Positions 1 to 9,064 of a stretch of 64,000 nt of DNA are shown here, one piece after another. The notes under the pieces were generated by a model that was not told the DNA's origin, made no database searches, and was given only the letters and a program-made list of their open reading frames with translations. The DNA comes from Promethearchaeota archaeon. GTDB lineage: Archaea; Asgardarchaeota; Lokiarchaeia; Sigyniarchaeales; SOKP01. The stretch's first letter is position 1, and every line of letters starts with the position of its first letter. The DNA lies in NCBI GenBank assembly GCA_030606485.1, contig JAUWGH010000005.1, forward strand, positions 10,129-74,128, given 5' to 3'. A program made the position numbers and the translations under genes.

Positions 1-213
1 ATGATCCATGTGAATTTCAAATTTATGAGGAATATCGTCAGAATCATTTTTGCTTTTAATTAATTGCCAAATCTCTTGTTTAACCTTAGTGCTTTCGGTA
101 TTTAAATAATTCAACCCTTTTTCTTGCATAACAACCGCAGCAAGAACGAAAACTTTATTATTTACATCTTTAGGATCTGGAGTTCCCGATTCATCAATAT
201 AAGCAAAATACAT
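1..213 (-). CDS. DUF3800-like protein, N-terminal 71 codons (gene continues beyond left edge)
   Basis: Own translation. ATG at 213..211 (minus) opens a frame still open at base 1: MYFAYIDESGTPDPKDVNNKVFVLAAVVMQEKG... The N-terminal YIDESG followed by a hydrophobic strand matches my memory of the DUF3800 signature. Confidence 0.45.
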   Translation of the reverse strand, partial: MYFAYIDESGTPDPKDVNNKVFVLAAVVMQEKGLNYLNTESTKVKQEIWQLIKSKNDSDDIPHKFEIHMDH

Positions 214-677
214 AAGAATAAATCAATATTTTTAATATTTGATGTACTGATAAGGATACTATTATTAATTATCAATTAACAAATAAATTCCTTATGATTT
301 TGATGACATTCCAAATATAATAATAAACGATCTTAAATTTCTAATTAAGCTAAATATAAGTTTAAAGTCACAAGAGAATTTTGCTTACAAAATCAAATTG
401 AAGGAATAACTTGGTTTAACGGAATTATAGAAGTTTTAATACATTTAGTTAAAGAAAAAATGACTGAGCCAAACACTACAACCTATAAAAGAGACTGCAA
501 AGATCGAATCTATTAGAAGATATAGAAGGTTGTCTTAACAAATTTTTTCCAATTATAAGCCTCAAAAAAGTAATCCGAAAAGTAAAGGCTGATCAAGAGA
601 TAAGGCACTATATGATGAAATTAAAAGTAGCTAGCAATTATATATAATCTTAATTTTATAGAGATATTGAAGAAATT

Positions 678-1517
678 ATGAGTGAAAAAAATCTAGAATT
701 AGCAAAAAAAATTTTACAGCAAGATGTTAGTGCTAGTATTCATTTTTTTGAGAAAAACGATTTCATCTCAATGAATATTGCTGCTAATCGATATTTAGAG
801 AATTGCATAATATTTGATGATTATAGATTATGTCTTTCGGGTGTTTTTATTAAAGATATGGCTAATGATTATATTGGTATAATTAAACACCCTGATAAAT
901 CAAAGAAAATCAATTCAGCTAAAGCAATTGGAAAAATCTTTATCTCAAAGATTAAAGAATATTTTAAAGATTTGAAAGAAGAAAAATTATGGGAAGAATT
1001 TCACAAATATAATCTTAACATTAATGATTTTTTACGAGACGAAATGGATGCCCATTATCGTCGAAATCTTTCATTTTCATCTCAATCTTTCAAATTCTTA
1101 TTAAATTATCTTAAAAATAATATCAGTTATTTATATGTAATTAATAATAGATTTCTTGAAGGTATTAGTTCTATTATGGTTAGAGTTATTAGAAATCATT
1201 CATTTACCATAAATGAATTGAAGATTTACTTATATATTAAATTTCTCGATTTATTATATCAATACCTTTATTATGAAAATTTTAAGAATGATAGTTTAGA
1301 TATTGAGAATATAAAAAAGGAATTACCTATATATCTTGAATATATTAAATCAATAAATGAAGAAAAGGATATTGATGTTATCAATTTTGATAAAAGTTTG
1401 TGGCAAATAGTAAAAAAATGGAGAGAAATGTATATTTTTTATAGAAATATTCCAAGACAAACTAAAGAAGTATTAATTCCTGTAGAAATGAAGAAAGATA
1501 AAAAAAATGAACAATAA
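678..1517 (+). CDS. hypothetical protein, first gene of a three-gene cassette
   Basis: 279-aa ORF with a helical-looking K/N/Y/I/L-rich sequence and a 19-nt gap to the next ORF. No family recognised. Confidence 0.6.
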   Translation: MSEKNLELAKKILQQDVSASIHFFEKNDFISMNIAANRYLENCIIFDDYRLCLSGVFIKDMANDYIGIIKHPDKSKKINSAKAIGKIFISKIKEYFKDLKEEKLWEEFHKYNLNINDFLRDEMDAHYRRNLSFSSQSFKFLLNYLKNNISYLYVINNRFLEGISSIMVRVIRNHSFTINELKIYLYIKFLDLLYQYLYYENFKNDSLDIENIKKELPIYLEYIKSINEEKDIDVINFDKSLWQIVKKWREMYIFYRNIPRQTKEVLIPVEMKKDKKNEQ

Positions 1518-1536
1518 TAATTAATAAATAAAAAAA

Positions 1537-2115
1537 ATGAGCGATAATATTTTTTATCAGGATGCATCATCAGATATAAACGCTGAAGTAATATTACCAA
1601 ATAAATCAAATTTTAATGAAATTCAAAGTACTTCAGCAATTTCTATAACTAAGGATGTTTCAATTATAAAAAATGATGATTCATCTTCTCAAAAAGTTGT
1701 AATTATCGATTCTGACGACTCCCTAAAATTTAAAGAATCATTGATATTGAAATATGCACCTAAAATCTCGTTTGATAAGGATATTAAAGAAGAAATGTAT
1801 CGAAATATTTCATTTAGGAAATTCATTAGTGAAATAGAAAATGGATTGTTTATATTCACAGAAATGCATAATATTTCGTTTGATGCAAAAATTTATTTTC
1901 AACAAGATTGGGAAGTTAAGGATTTAAAAACTATAATTCTTAAAATAAAGTTTCATAACATTCAATTTGAGGCGGAGTTATGGTTATGGGAAGAACTTTC
2001 TCACTTTATAAGAAAAATGTCGAAAATGGCTAAATTTTATGTTAATTCTAAAGAAGAAATTATAGATTTTGAGAATTATAATAAATTATTTTATATTGAA
2101 GTTGATTTAACATAG
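1537..2115 (+). CDS. hypothetical protein, second gene of cassette
   Basis: 192-aa ORF. The N-terminal third is S/D/N-rich and low-complexity, followed by a compact domain (WEVKDLKTIILKIKFHNIQFEAELWLWEEL). Stop TAG 2113-2115 directly abuts the GTG of the next ORF. No GS...DxD nucleotidyltransferase motif seen. Confidence 0.6.
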   Translation: MSDNIFYQDASSDINAEVILPNKSNFNEIQSTSAISITKDVSIIKNDDSSSQKVVIIDSDDSLKFKESLILKYAPKISFDKDIKEEMYRNISFRKFISEIENGLFIFTEMHNISFDAKIYFQQDWEVKDLKTIILKIKFHNIQFEAELWLWEELSHFIRKMSKMAKFYVNSKEEIIDFENYNKLFYIEVDLT

Positions 2116-2508
2116 GTGATATCTTTAACTAACAGCTTTAATCCAGAAATTTTTCTAGATATTGCAAAAAAATTGTTAAACATAACAAAATTAGATGAAA
2201 AAGGAAGATTTAGAACATCTATAAGTAGAGCTTATTATTCAGCTTTTCTATTAACTAGAACGAGATTAGAAAGGAAAGGAATAAATTTTGGAACGGAGGC
2301 TCAGCACAAAGAAGTTAGAGAATACTTAAAAACGATTCACATGGATTATATGGCAGATCAATTGAAAACATTAGCGAATTGTAGAGTAGATGCAGATTAT
2401 TATCTTGTTGATTCAATTAATAAATCAGTTAACAGATCACTCTGCAATAAATGTATCAAAATTGCGGAAACGATTATCGGAAAAATAGAAGATATAAGAA
2501 TTAAATAA
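2116..2508 (+). CDS. HEPN-like small helical protein, third gene of cassette
   Basis: 130 aa. The SRAYYSAFLLTRTRLERKG helix, QHKEVREYL and C-proximal CRVDADYY resemble HEPN-type four-helix proteins. GTG start abuts the upstream stop. Confidence 0.45.
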   Translation: MISLTNSFNPEIFLDIAKKLLNITKLDEKGRFRTSISRAYYSAFLLTRTRLERKGINFGTEAQHKEVREYLKTIHMDYMADQLKTLANCRVDADYYLVDSINKSVNRSLCNKCIKIAETIIGKIEDIRIK

Positions 2509-2671
2509 TAAATTATTAAAATGTTAAAACGTAGTTTATGCGTTTTTATACTATTTTCTTAATAAATCATTGAATTTTTAGATTTTTTACTTATTTCTAT
2601 AAGTTGCAGTTATTTTTCTAAATTATAATTTTCAAAAAGATTTTATTTATTTTATATGAATTAACCGATGA

Positions 2672-2983
2672 ATTGAAAGAAAAAAACAGAAAACCACTGC
2701 GAGAAAAACATCTCCTCAGCATATTCCTAAATTTATAATACAAGCACCCCCCGATGGCATTCCTTATACATTTTCTAATAAGAAAGTTGAAATTGCTGTT
2801 ACAAAAATAATCCATGGAATGGCAGTTACGAATAGAGGAGCGCTTAGAAACCCAGAATCTTTAGATTTCCACGAAAAAATGAGAGAACAACTTCAAAACA
2901 GGTATCTTTTTCTATTTTTTTATTTACTTTCTATAAATAAAAATAGTAATTATATTGATTTTATTCAGATTTTAATTTCTTAA
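2672..2983 (+). pseudogene. open frame without canonical start, possible gene relic
   Basis: Own translation. The frame is open from the TGA at 2669-2671 to TAA 2981-2983: (I)ERKKQKTTARKTSPQHIPKFIIQAPPDGIPYTFSNKKVEIAVTKIIHGMAVTNRGALRNPESLDFHEKMREQLQNRY... It has no ATG/GTG/TTG in the first half. The central 2690-2890 is visibly GC-richer than its flanks, and the tail runs into AT-rich spacer and the 3' end of the 2961..3452 gene. Confidence 0.2.
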
Positions 2984-3452
2984 CTAAATTAATTGCAATC
3001 ATTATTATTCTATCGCTTAAATAGGGTTTTTCTGTTTTCGTGAATTTAATTAAATCATCATCCAATAATTTAGGGTTATTATCTTTGAAGTATAAAATCG
3101 TTGAAATTGCTTGTAGTAAATCGGTTTTATATTTGAAATAAATGGGATGTAAAAAGATATTTTCTCGTATCTTATCCAAGATTTTGGTTTCATATTCTGT
3201 AAGCTTCATGTTTGTTTTTAAAGACATAATTAACTCTGGATTATTGTAATAATCATCAGTTAATTGAGGACAATATGGTCCTTTCTTATAAAGTCCAAAA
3301 TTATATTTCATTTTAACTCCTAGTGATTGAGATATAAAAGTTATTTTTTGAATCATAAGTCTATCTCTAAAATTCTCATCGAATGTAGGATTATTCAAAT
3401 GAAGTTTTAAATATTTAAAAATAGGAATAAGTTTTTCATAATCATTTACCAT
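2961..3452 (-). CDS. Panacea/SocA-like (DUF4065-like) protein
   Basis: 163 aa. RLMIQKITFISQSLGVKMKYNFGLYKKGPYCPQLTDDYY fits the DUF4065 pattern (LQK-hh-Y/F ... F..w..GP..p.ly). It lies 6 nt downstream of a wHTH gene. Confidence 0.4.
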   Translation of the reverse strand: MVNDYEKLIPIFKYLKLHLNNPTFDENFRDRLMIQKITFISQSLGVKMKYNFGLYKKGPYCPQLTDDYYNNPELIMSLKTNMKLTEYETKILDKIRENIFLHPIYFKYKTDLLQAISTILYFKDNNPKLLDDDLIKFTKTEKPYLSDRIIMIAINLVKKLKSE

Positions 3453-3458
3453 TTTTTT

Positions 3459-3794
3459 TTAATCCACCATTTCTTTTAAAAAATCTATCCATTCAATAAT
3501 TTTCTTCAAATTATTTTTTCCCAATTCATTAATCATAAAAATATGTAGCCTTTTTTGGTCAAGTTCAACTTTTATCTTTTTTATATATCCCATTTCAAGT
3601 AAAAAATCAAGATTTGACTGCAATTTTCCATCAGATATGTTTACAAATGTTTTTAATTCCCTAAATTGGAGTCCATCTTTATAAAAGCTGATAAGAAATA
3701 GAAGAATACATCTTGTTAAGTTAAATGCCTTAGAATTTATTTTTTTTGAATTTTCAATTAGACTTTCGATGATATTATCTGAAACAATATTCAT
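3459..3794 (-). CDS. winged-helix transcriptional regulator (MarR/ArsR-like)
   Basis: 111 aa. LTRCILLFLISFYKDGLQFRELKTFVNISDGKLQSNLDFLLEMGYIKK is a typical wHTH recognition-helix/wing pattern. Confidence 0.55.
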   Translation of the reverse strand: MNIVSDNIIESLIENSKKINSKAFNLTRCILLFLISFYKDGLQFRELKTFVNISDGKLQSNLDFLLEMGYIKKIKVELDQKRLHIFMINELGKNNLKKIIEWIDFLKEMVD

Positions 3795-3979
3795 ATTTCT
3801 ATATATAATTTAAAATTTAAATTATTTAAACTATTTGTTTAACTTTGAAAACAAAAGTAAAATCCAAAGTTATATGAATAATGATTTTCTATTGTATAAT
3901 AAATATAATTTAAAAATTATATTATTGAATTTTATGAAATTTCTATTATTAAATAAAACCAAATAAAAGGTGAATTTTT

Positions 3980-4273
3980 ATCGGTAAACATCAAAATATA
4001 AAAGCAATAAGAAAGATAGAAAAAAGATTAGGTGCAAAAGAAAGATCTCAAGGTGTTGACTTTGTCGTTGGTGGCAATGCTTATGAATTTGCAGAAACTA
4101 AAGAAGATATTAGATCATCAATTGGACAACTAAATAAGAGTAGAGTTCCTTGCTCGAAAAAATTAATCATCCCAAACAATTTGGATAAATATGCTAGAGA
4201 AGTAACTCAAGGAACTGGAATTGGAATTGAAAATATATCAGGTAAAGTATTAAAAAGATCCAGAAGAAAATAG
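3980..4273 (+). CDS. small PD-(D/E)xK nuclease-like protein with non-canonical start (ATC 3980, or ATT 3974)
   Basis: Not in ORF track. AGGTGA at 3968-3973 is followed after 6 nt by in-frame ATC. The frame is open to TAG 4271-4273: (M)GKHQNIKAIRKIEKRLGAKERSQGVDFVVGGNAYEFAETKEDIRSSIGQL... The order E ... VDFVV ... EFAETK gives a D-x(n)-E-x-K arrangement like Hjc-type mini nucleases. Confidence 0.35.
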   Translation: MGKHQNIKAIRKIEKRLGAKERSQGVDFVVGGNAYEFAETKEDIRSSIGQLNKSRVPCSKKLIIPNNLDKYAREVTQGTGIGIENISGKVLKRSRRK

Positions 4274-4516
4274 CAGTTAAATGTATTGTCTCTATTAGGA
4301 TGAGTATAATAAGGTCTTGTACAAACCCAATTTCTTCAAAATAATTGATGAATATAAATTTAATTATATAAATTTTAGGTTAGTCATTTGAAAGAAATAA
4401 AAAAATTTCTTCAATGTAATTAATTAACTCTGCTTTAGATAATTTTTCTAATTCTTTATTCAACTGCCTTAATCTATTATAAACTTCTTATATGATAAGT
4501 ACAATAATAAAAATTT

Positions 4517-5665
4517 TTAAAAAGATTTGGTGAAATCTTCAATTCTCTCCATAGCGATTTTGAGATTTTTCATAGAAGTAGCATAAGAAATCCTTAATTT
4601 ATCATCGGAAAAGCTTCCAAAAATAGAACCTGGAACTATTGCCACTCCTTTTTCTTCAATAATTTTCTTTGAGAAATCATCTGAAGAAATTTTAAAATTT
4701 GAGATTCCAGGCATTATATAAAAAGCACCTTTCGGCTTCACCACATCAAACCCCATTTCACTTAATCTTTTATAGCAAAATAACCTTCGAGTATTATAAT
4801 CTTTTAAGATTTTTTCAAAGAATTGTATATCCATTTTTAAAGCCGCGATAAAACCGAACTGGGCGGCATGGTTTGTACCAGCGACAGTATATTGTTGATA
4901 TTTTTCCATAAGTTCAATAATATGTGTAGGTGCTGCGACGTACCCCAAACGGATTCCTGTCGCTGAAAATAACTTTGACATGGCATTAAGTGTTATTGTT
5001 CTTTCTTGCATTCCATTTAATGATGCAGGACTAATATGAATTGCATTATCATACAGATAATTTTCATAAACCTCATCGCATATTAGATATAAATCGTTTT
5101 CAATAACAATATCAACAATAGTTTCAATCTCTTTTTTTGTTAAAACATAACCGGTAGGGTTATTGGGAGAATTAATAAGAATCGCTTTTGTTTTATCTGT
5201 AATCTTATCCTTTATATCATCAATATTGGGACTGAAATCTTCCTTTCTCTTGGACTCAATCACTTTAATCCCGTAAAATATGCCACAATAGAAATAAGAA
5301 ATGAAATTAGGCGAACTCAAAATTAATTCATCGCCCGGATTAAATAGAGTAGCAAATGAAAAGGTGATTGCTTGAGATCCACCATTAGTCACAATTACAT
5401 TATCAGGTCCAACATCTAAATTATTTACCCTTTTTAGTTTTTTAGCAATTAATTCGATTAACTCAGGTTGCCCTCGAGTGGGAGCATACATTGTGATTCC
5501 ATCCTCTAATGCTTTTATATTTGCCTTGATAATTGGTTCTGGTGTCCTAAAATCAGGTTGCCCTATTCCCAGACTAATGACATCTTTTCTGCCGGCTGCG
5601 ATGTTAAACAATTCCCGTATCTGAGATCTGGGGGCTAAGTTTACTTTTTTGGATAATTCTTTCAT
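4517..5665 (-). CDS. class I/II pyridoxal-phosphate aminotransferase (aspartate aminotransferase-like)
   Basis: 382 aa. NSPNNPTGYVL and the PLP-lysine motif NAMSKLFSATGIRLGY. Confidence 0.85.
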   Translation of the reverse strand: MKELSKKVNLAPRSQIRELFNIAAGRKDVISLGIGQPDFRTPEPIIKANIKALEDGITMYAPTRGQPELIELIAKKLKRVNNLDVGPDNVIVTNGGSQAITFSFATLFNPGDELILSSPNFISYFYCGIFYGIKVIESKRKEDFSPNIDDIKDKITDKTKAILINSPNNPTGYVLTKKEIETIVDIVIENDLYLICDEVYENYLYDNAIHISPASLNGMQERTITLNAMSKLFSATGIRLGYVAAPTHIIELMEKYQQYTVAGTNHAAQFGFIAALKMDIQFFEKILKDYNTRRLFCYKRLSEMGFDVVKPKGAFYIMPGISNFKISSDDFSKKIIEEKGVAIVPGSIFGSFSDDKLRISYATSMKNLKIAMERIEDFTKSF

Positions 5666-5834
5666 TAAACATCAAAATAATTTTAATTTAATAATCGATT
5701 TTTAAAATCATACAAAAATACACAATCTCAATATAATTTCTCGCTATTAGAGATTATTTTTATAATACAAAAAACGTTTTTTTAAATATTAATTTTCTTA
5801 ACATCTTTTGGAGAATTTAAATTCGAATTTAATT

Positions 5835-7163
5835 TCAAAATGAGATTGTCAGATTAGGAAATGCAATATATGGAAAAAGAGAATTTGAAGAAAACTCAGT
5901 TTCTTTTGAAATGAATTGACAATTTTTTATCATTTCTAAGACATTTCCGCTTACATTTCCACCTTTTATTGGATTCGAGAATCTACCATTTTTAATGAAA
6001 TATCCATTTCTTATTTCAGCTCCAAAAGAACCTGAAAATTCATCTGGTTCTAGCCATGAACATTTTTCAATATAATAACCTTCTTTCACATTTGAAATCA
6101 TTTCCTCTAAAGAAATATCACCTGGCAAAATTTGAAGATTTGTGTTTCCGTTAGTAATTGAACCATTCTCTGTCCTTATGCCATTTCCAGTTGATATTGT
6201 GTCCCCTAAAATCGCATATTTTTGATCAAATAAACGTTTTTTAAAAATTCCATTCTCAATTATTTCGTTTTTCTGTTGAGCGTTTCCTTCTCCGTCCCAA
6301 GCATTTGTTAGTAACCCTCCCTCAAGTAACCCGTTGTCAATAATAGTAAAATTGTCGGATGCAACTTTCTCATTTAAATTAAATTTAGAAACTTTTTCGT
6401 GAAAAGCTTTTCCCAATGCCTGAAAACCAACAACGGGATTAATCGCATCTTTTAAAAGGCTTGGTGAAAAAATAACAAGGGCTTGTTTCTTTGATTTAGG
6501 AGGTTTTGCTTTTAAGTTATCCTTGGAAATTCTAGCCCACTTTTCTACTCGTTTATTAAAATTTAGATGTTCTCTCTCTTTAATATATTCACTTTCCCAA
6601 TATTCAGATAATTTTCCTTTTTCTTGTGTCTTCAAGGAAAATTCAAGGTAAAAAAAAGTTCTTAAATTATCTAAATCTATTCCATTGCTATTATTTAAAA
6701 ATCTTTTTTGGATATGTATTCTAAAACGACCAAAAGTAGGTGTTACATCTTTATATTCATTGATTTCTGTTATTAACTCTTCACAAATCTCTTTTTTGGC
6801 TCTAAGTGGATCTTTTATTAATTTCTGATCGACTGTACTAATCTGCGAAATTGATTTTTTTTCAGGAAAGTTATATTTAGAAGTAGAGTTATTTTTTGCC
6901 AATAATAAACATGTATTTATATATTTCTCAATTTCTTTAGGATCTATCGAATTTCCCTTAACTATCCCAATTCCGGTCTCAATATTTCTCTGAGATAATA
7001 TCCTAATTATATATTCTAAATCATTTATTTCTCTTTCAGATTCAATTTGATTTTTTAAAAATTGCGTTTCATAAATTTGTTGAGAAATAAGATATATTTC
7101 ATATTCCTCAACATTTTTCGATTGAATAGCTTTTCTAATTAATTCTACTTTTTCATTATTCAT
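5835..7163 (-). CDS. pmbA: PmbA/TldE-family metalloprotease modulator
   Basis: 442 aa, directly downstream of tldD on the same strand. C-terminal G-rich PmbA_TldD fold pattern (GNGIRTENGS..., GGNVSGNVLEM). Confidence 0.8.
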   Translation of the reverse strand: MNNEKVELIRKAIQSKNVEEYEIYLISQQIYETQFLKNQIESEREINDLEYIIRILSQRNIETGIGIVKGNSIDPKEIEKYINTCLLLAKNNSTSKYNFPEKKSISQISTVDQKLIKDPLRAKKEICEELITEINEYKDVTPTFGRFRIHIQKRFLNNSNGIDLDNLRTFFYLEFSLKTQEKGKLSEYWESEYIKEREHLNFNKRVEKWARISKDNLKAKPPKSKKQALVIFSPSLLKDAINPVVGFQALGKAFHEKVSKFNLNEKVASDNFTIIDNGLLEGGLLTNAWDGEGNAQQKNEIIENGIFKKRLFDQKYAILGDTISTGNGIRTENGSITNGNTNLQILPGDISLEEMISNVKEGYYIEKCSWLEPDEFSGSFGAEIRNGYFIKNGRFSNPIKGGNVSGNVLEMIKNCQFISKETEFSSNSLFPYIAFPNLTISF

Positions 7164-7170
7164 CTCTTTT

Positions 7171-8571
7171 TCACCCCGGACTAATTAAAGCATTTTTAAC
7201 TCTAATAAAACTACCACCAGTTGTTACCGGAATGAAGTCTTCAACACCTTTCCCACAAGTTCCTCCATGTAAATTTAAATTATCATTACTAATTGCATCA
7301 ATATTTTGTAATAATTCCAAAACTGGACCGCTTAAAGTAATGGATTTAAGTAATTTCGTTCGTTCGCCATTTTCAATCAAATAACCTTTTTTTGATGTAC
7401 ATTGCATCCCTCCTCCTAATGGATCTTCCATTCCAAAATAACCTCGAGTTGGCATTACTCCATATTTAATTTCTGATATCATCTCATCAAGATCATAGTC
7501 TCCTGGCTCAAAATAGGTGTTAGTCATTCTAACATAAACAGGATGAGCAAAAGATTCTCTTCTTCCATTTCCTTTAGGAATACCGTTTAACAATGAAGCG
7601 GTGTGTCTATTGTGTAAAAATCTTTTTAAAATTCCCCCCTCAACTAAAATGTTTTTCCCAGCAGGAATTCCCTCATCATCAAAAAAATAAGATCCCAATT
7701 CATTTTTTAAATTTGGGGAATCACATATTACACATATTTCAGAAGCAACCTTTTTATTTAATTTATCTTTTAAATAACTTCTATCCCTTAAAATCTGATC
7801 CGCTTCCAATCCATGTCCAAAACTCTCATGTGCTATTAAACCAGCCATATCTGGATCTAAAATGATGGGAAATTTTCCTGAAGGAGGAGTATCAGCCTTT
7901 AACATTTCCAAAGAATTTTTAGCTATTTGTTCTAACTTATTATCAAGTATTTCTTCGATTATCTCAAAACCCTTTTCGCCCCCAGTAGAAAAATAATCGA
8001 AATCTATTGTTGATCCTTCTTTTACAACAGGTTGAATAAAAAATCTAATTCTAGGCAACACCTGCCGCAATTGACATCCTTCATTATTGAAAAAAATGCG
8101 TGTCATTAAACTTTCTGAGTAAAAAATTATTGGATTAATAATTCTTTCATCATATTTTCTTAAATAATTGAAAAAATCTCTTATTTTTTGAATTTTTTCT
8201 TCTATGGGAATATCAGAGGGATTAATCTTGGGTTTTATTTCTTTATTTATCTTCCATGCTTCAAATTCATTTATTTCTTCTCCTTTATTGATAACTTTTG
8301 GTAACTTTTTTTCAATATTTTTTAATTCTGAGACATCTTGTGTAGCAAATTCCTTCCAAGACCCTATAAATGTTCGAGCAACAATTCCTGATTTTTTTGC
8401 ATTTATTGAAATTGATTCCTCAGTAAGCGATTTTTTAATCCTCACTGATGATACGGAATCAAATAAAATATCAAAATATTGATTCTCACGTTTAAAACTA
8501 TTAGAAATTTCCTCAAAAATTACAAAAATCTCTTCATTTGATTTATTACTCATAATTAAACCAAAAATCAT
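7171..8571 (-). CDS. tldD: TldD-family zinc metalloprotease
   Basis: 466 aa with the HESFGHGLEAD (HExxxH) motif. The start may be the second Met, 6 codons in. Confidence 0.85.
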   Translation of the reverse strand: MIFGLIMSNKSNEEIFVIFEEISNSFKRENQYFDILFDSVSSVRIKKSLTEESISINAKKSGIVARTFIGSWKEFATQDVSELKNIEKKLPKVINKGEEINEFEAWKINKEIKPKINPSDIPIEEKIQKIRDFFNYLRKYDERIINPIIFYSESLMTRIFFNNEGCQLRQVLPRIRFFIQPVVKEGSTIDFDYFSTGGEKGFEIIEEILDNKLEQIAKNSLEMLKADTPPSGKFPIILDPDMAGLIAHESFGHGLEADQILRDRSYLKDKLNKKVASEICVICDSPNLKNELGSYFFDDEGIPAGKNILVEGGILKRFLHNRHTASLLNGIPKGNGRRESFAHPVYVRMTNTYFEPGDYDLDEMISEIKYGVMPTRGYFGMEDPLGGGMQCTSKKGYLIENGERTKLLKSITLSGPVLELLQNIDAISNDNLNLHGGTCGKGVEDFIPVTTGGSFIRVKNALISPG

Positions 8572-8689
8572 AAAATTCTATATTAAAAATATAAATTCAA
8601 ACAAGAACAAAAGTATTATTATCGCTTATTTTGTGTACTTATTTTAAAATAAATTTTAATCTAATAAAAATTTTTTAAAAAAAAAGAAA

Positions 8690-9064
8690 TTAATGAATTT
8701 TAGCGCCACATCCTTGGCAAAATTGGGCGCCTCCTTCAAGTTGTTCTCCACAAAATTGACAATATTTCTGTTTTTCAGGTTCTTGAGATACAACAACTTG
8801 ATTTTGAGATTCTTGATTATATTCCACTTCAGTGGTTTGTAGTTGACTAGATTTAATTTGAGGTATATCACCAGGTGATTGTGACGATACAATAGAACCA
8901 CAGTGAATGCACCTATTCTCGCTTTGTGAGTAATAAATCATAAGGTAAATAATTAATCCGATTCCAGCTGTAAAACATAATAAGATTATTGCTAGTAACA
9001 AATTAATATCTTCTCTTGCAAGGAGCACGTTTTGCTTACATTGATTGCAATATCCATAAGTAAT
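8690..9064 (-). CDS. LITAF-like split zinc ribbon / hydrophobic anchor protein with C-terminal zinc ribbon (paralog 3; ATT start proposed)
   Basis: The track ORF starts at GTG 9028, but the frame is open upstream and reads (ATT)TYGYCNQCKQNVLLAREDINL... This aligns with MPYGYCPNCRQNVLLVREDIDW of the neighbour. GAGG at 9076-9073 lies 8 nt before ATT 9064-9062. C-terminus is YCQFCGEQLEGGAQFCQGCGAKI. Confidence 0.6.
   Translation of the reverse strand: MTYGYCNQCKQNVLLAREDINLLLAIILLCFTAGIGLIIYLMIYYSQSENRCIHCGSIVSSQSPGDIPQIKSSQLQTTEVEYNQESQNQVVVSQEPEKQKYCQFCGEQLEGGAQFCQGCGAKIH

Noticed and set aside
2618-2815. 65-aa minus-strand ORF
   Set aside because: It has no SD, a cysteine/arginine-rich nonsense-like product, and overlaps the more coherent plus-strand open frame at 2672-2983.
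7593-8482. Two plus-strand ORFs (7593..7865, 8204..8482)
   Set aside because: Both lie antisense inside tldD, which has the HExxxH motif. They have no motifs of their own and are typical shadow ORFs.
8656-8901. 81-aa minus-strand ORF
   Set aside because: It is an alternative frame overlapping the zinc-ribbon paralog, with a K/N/L low-complexity product.
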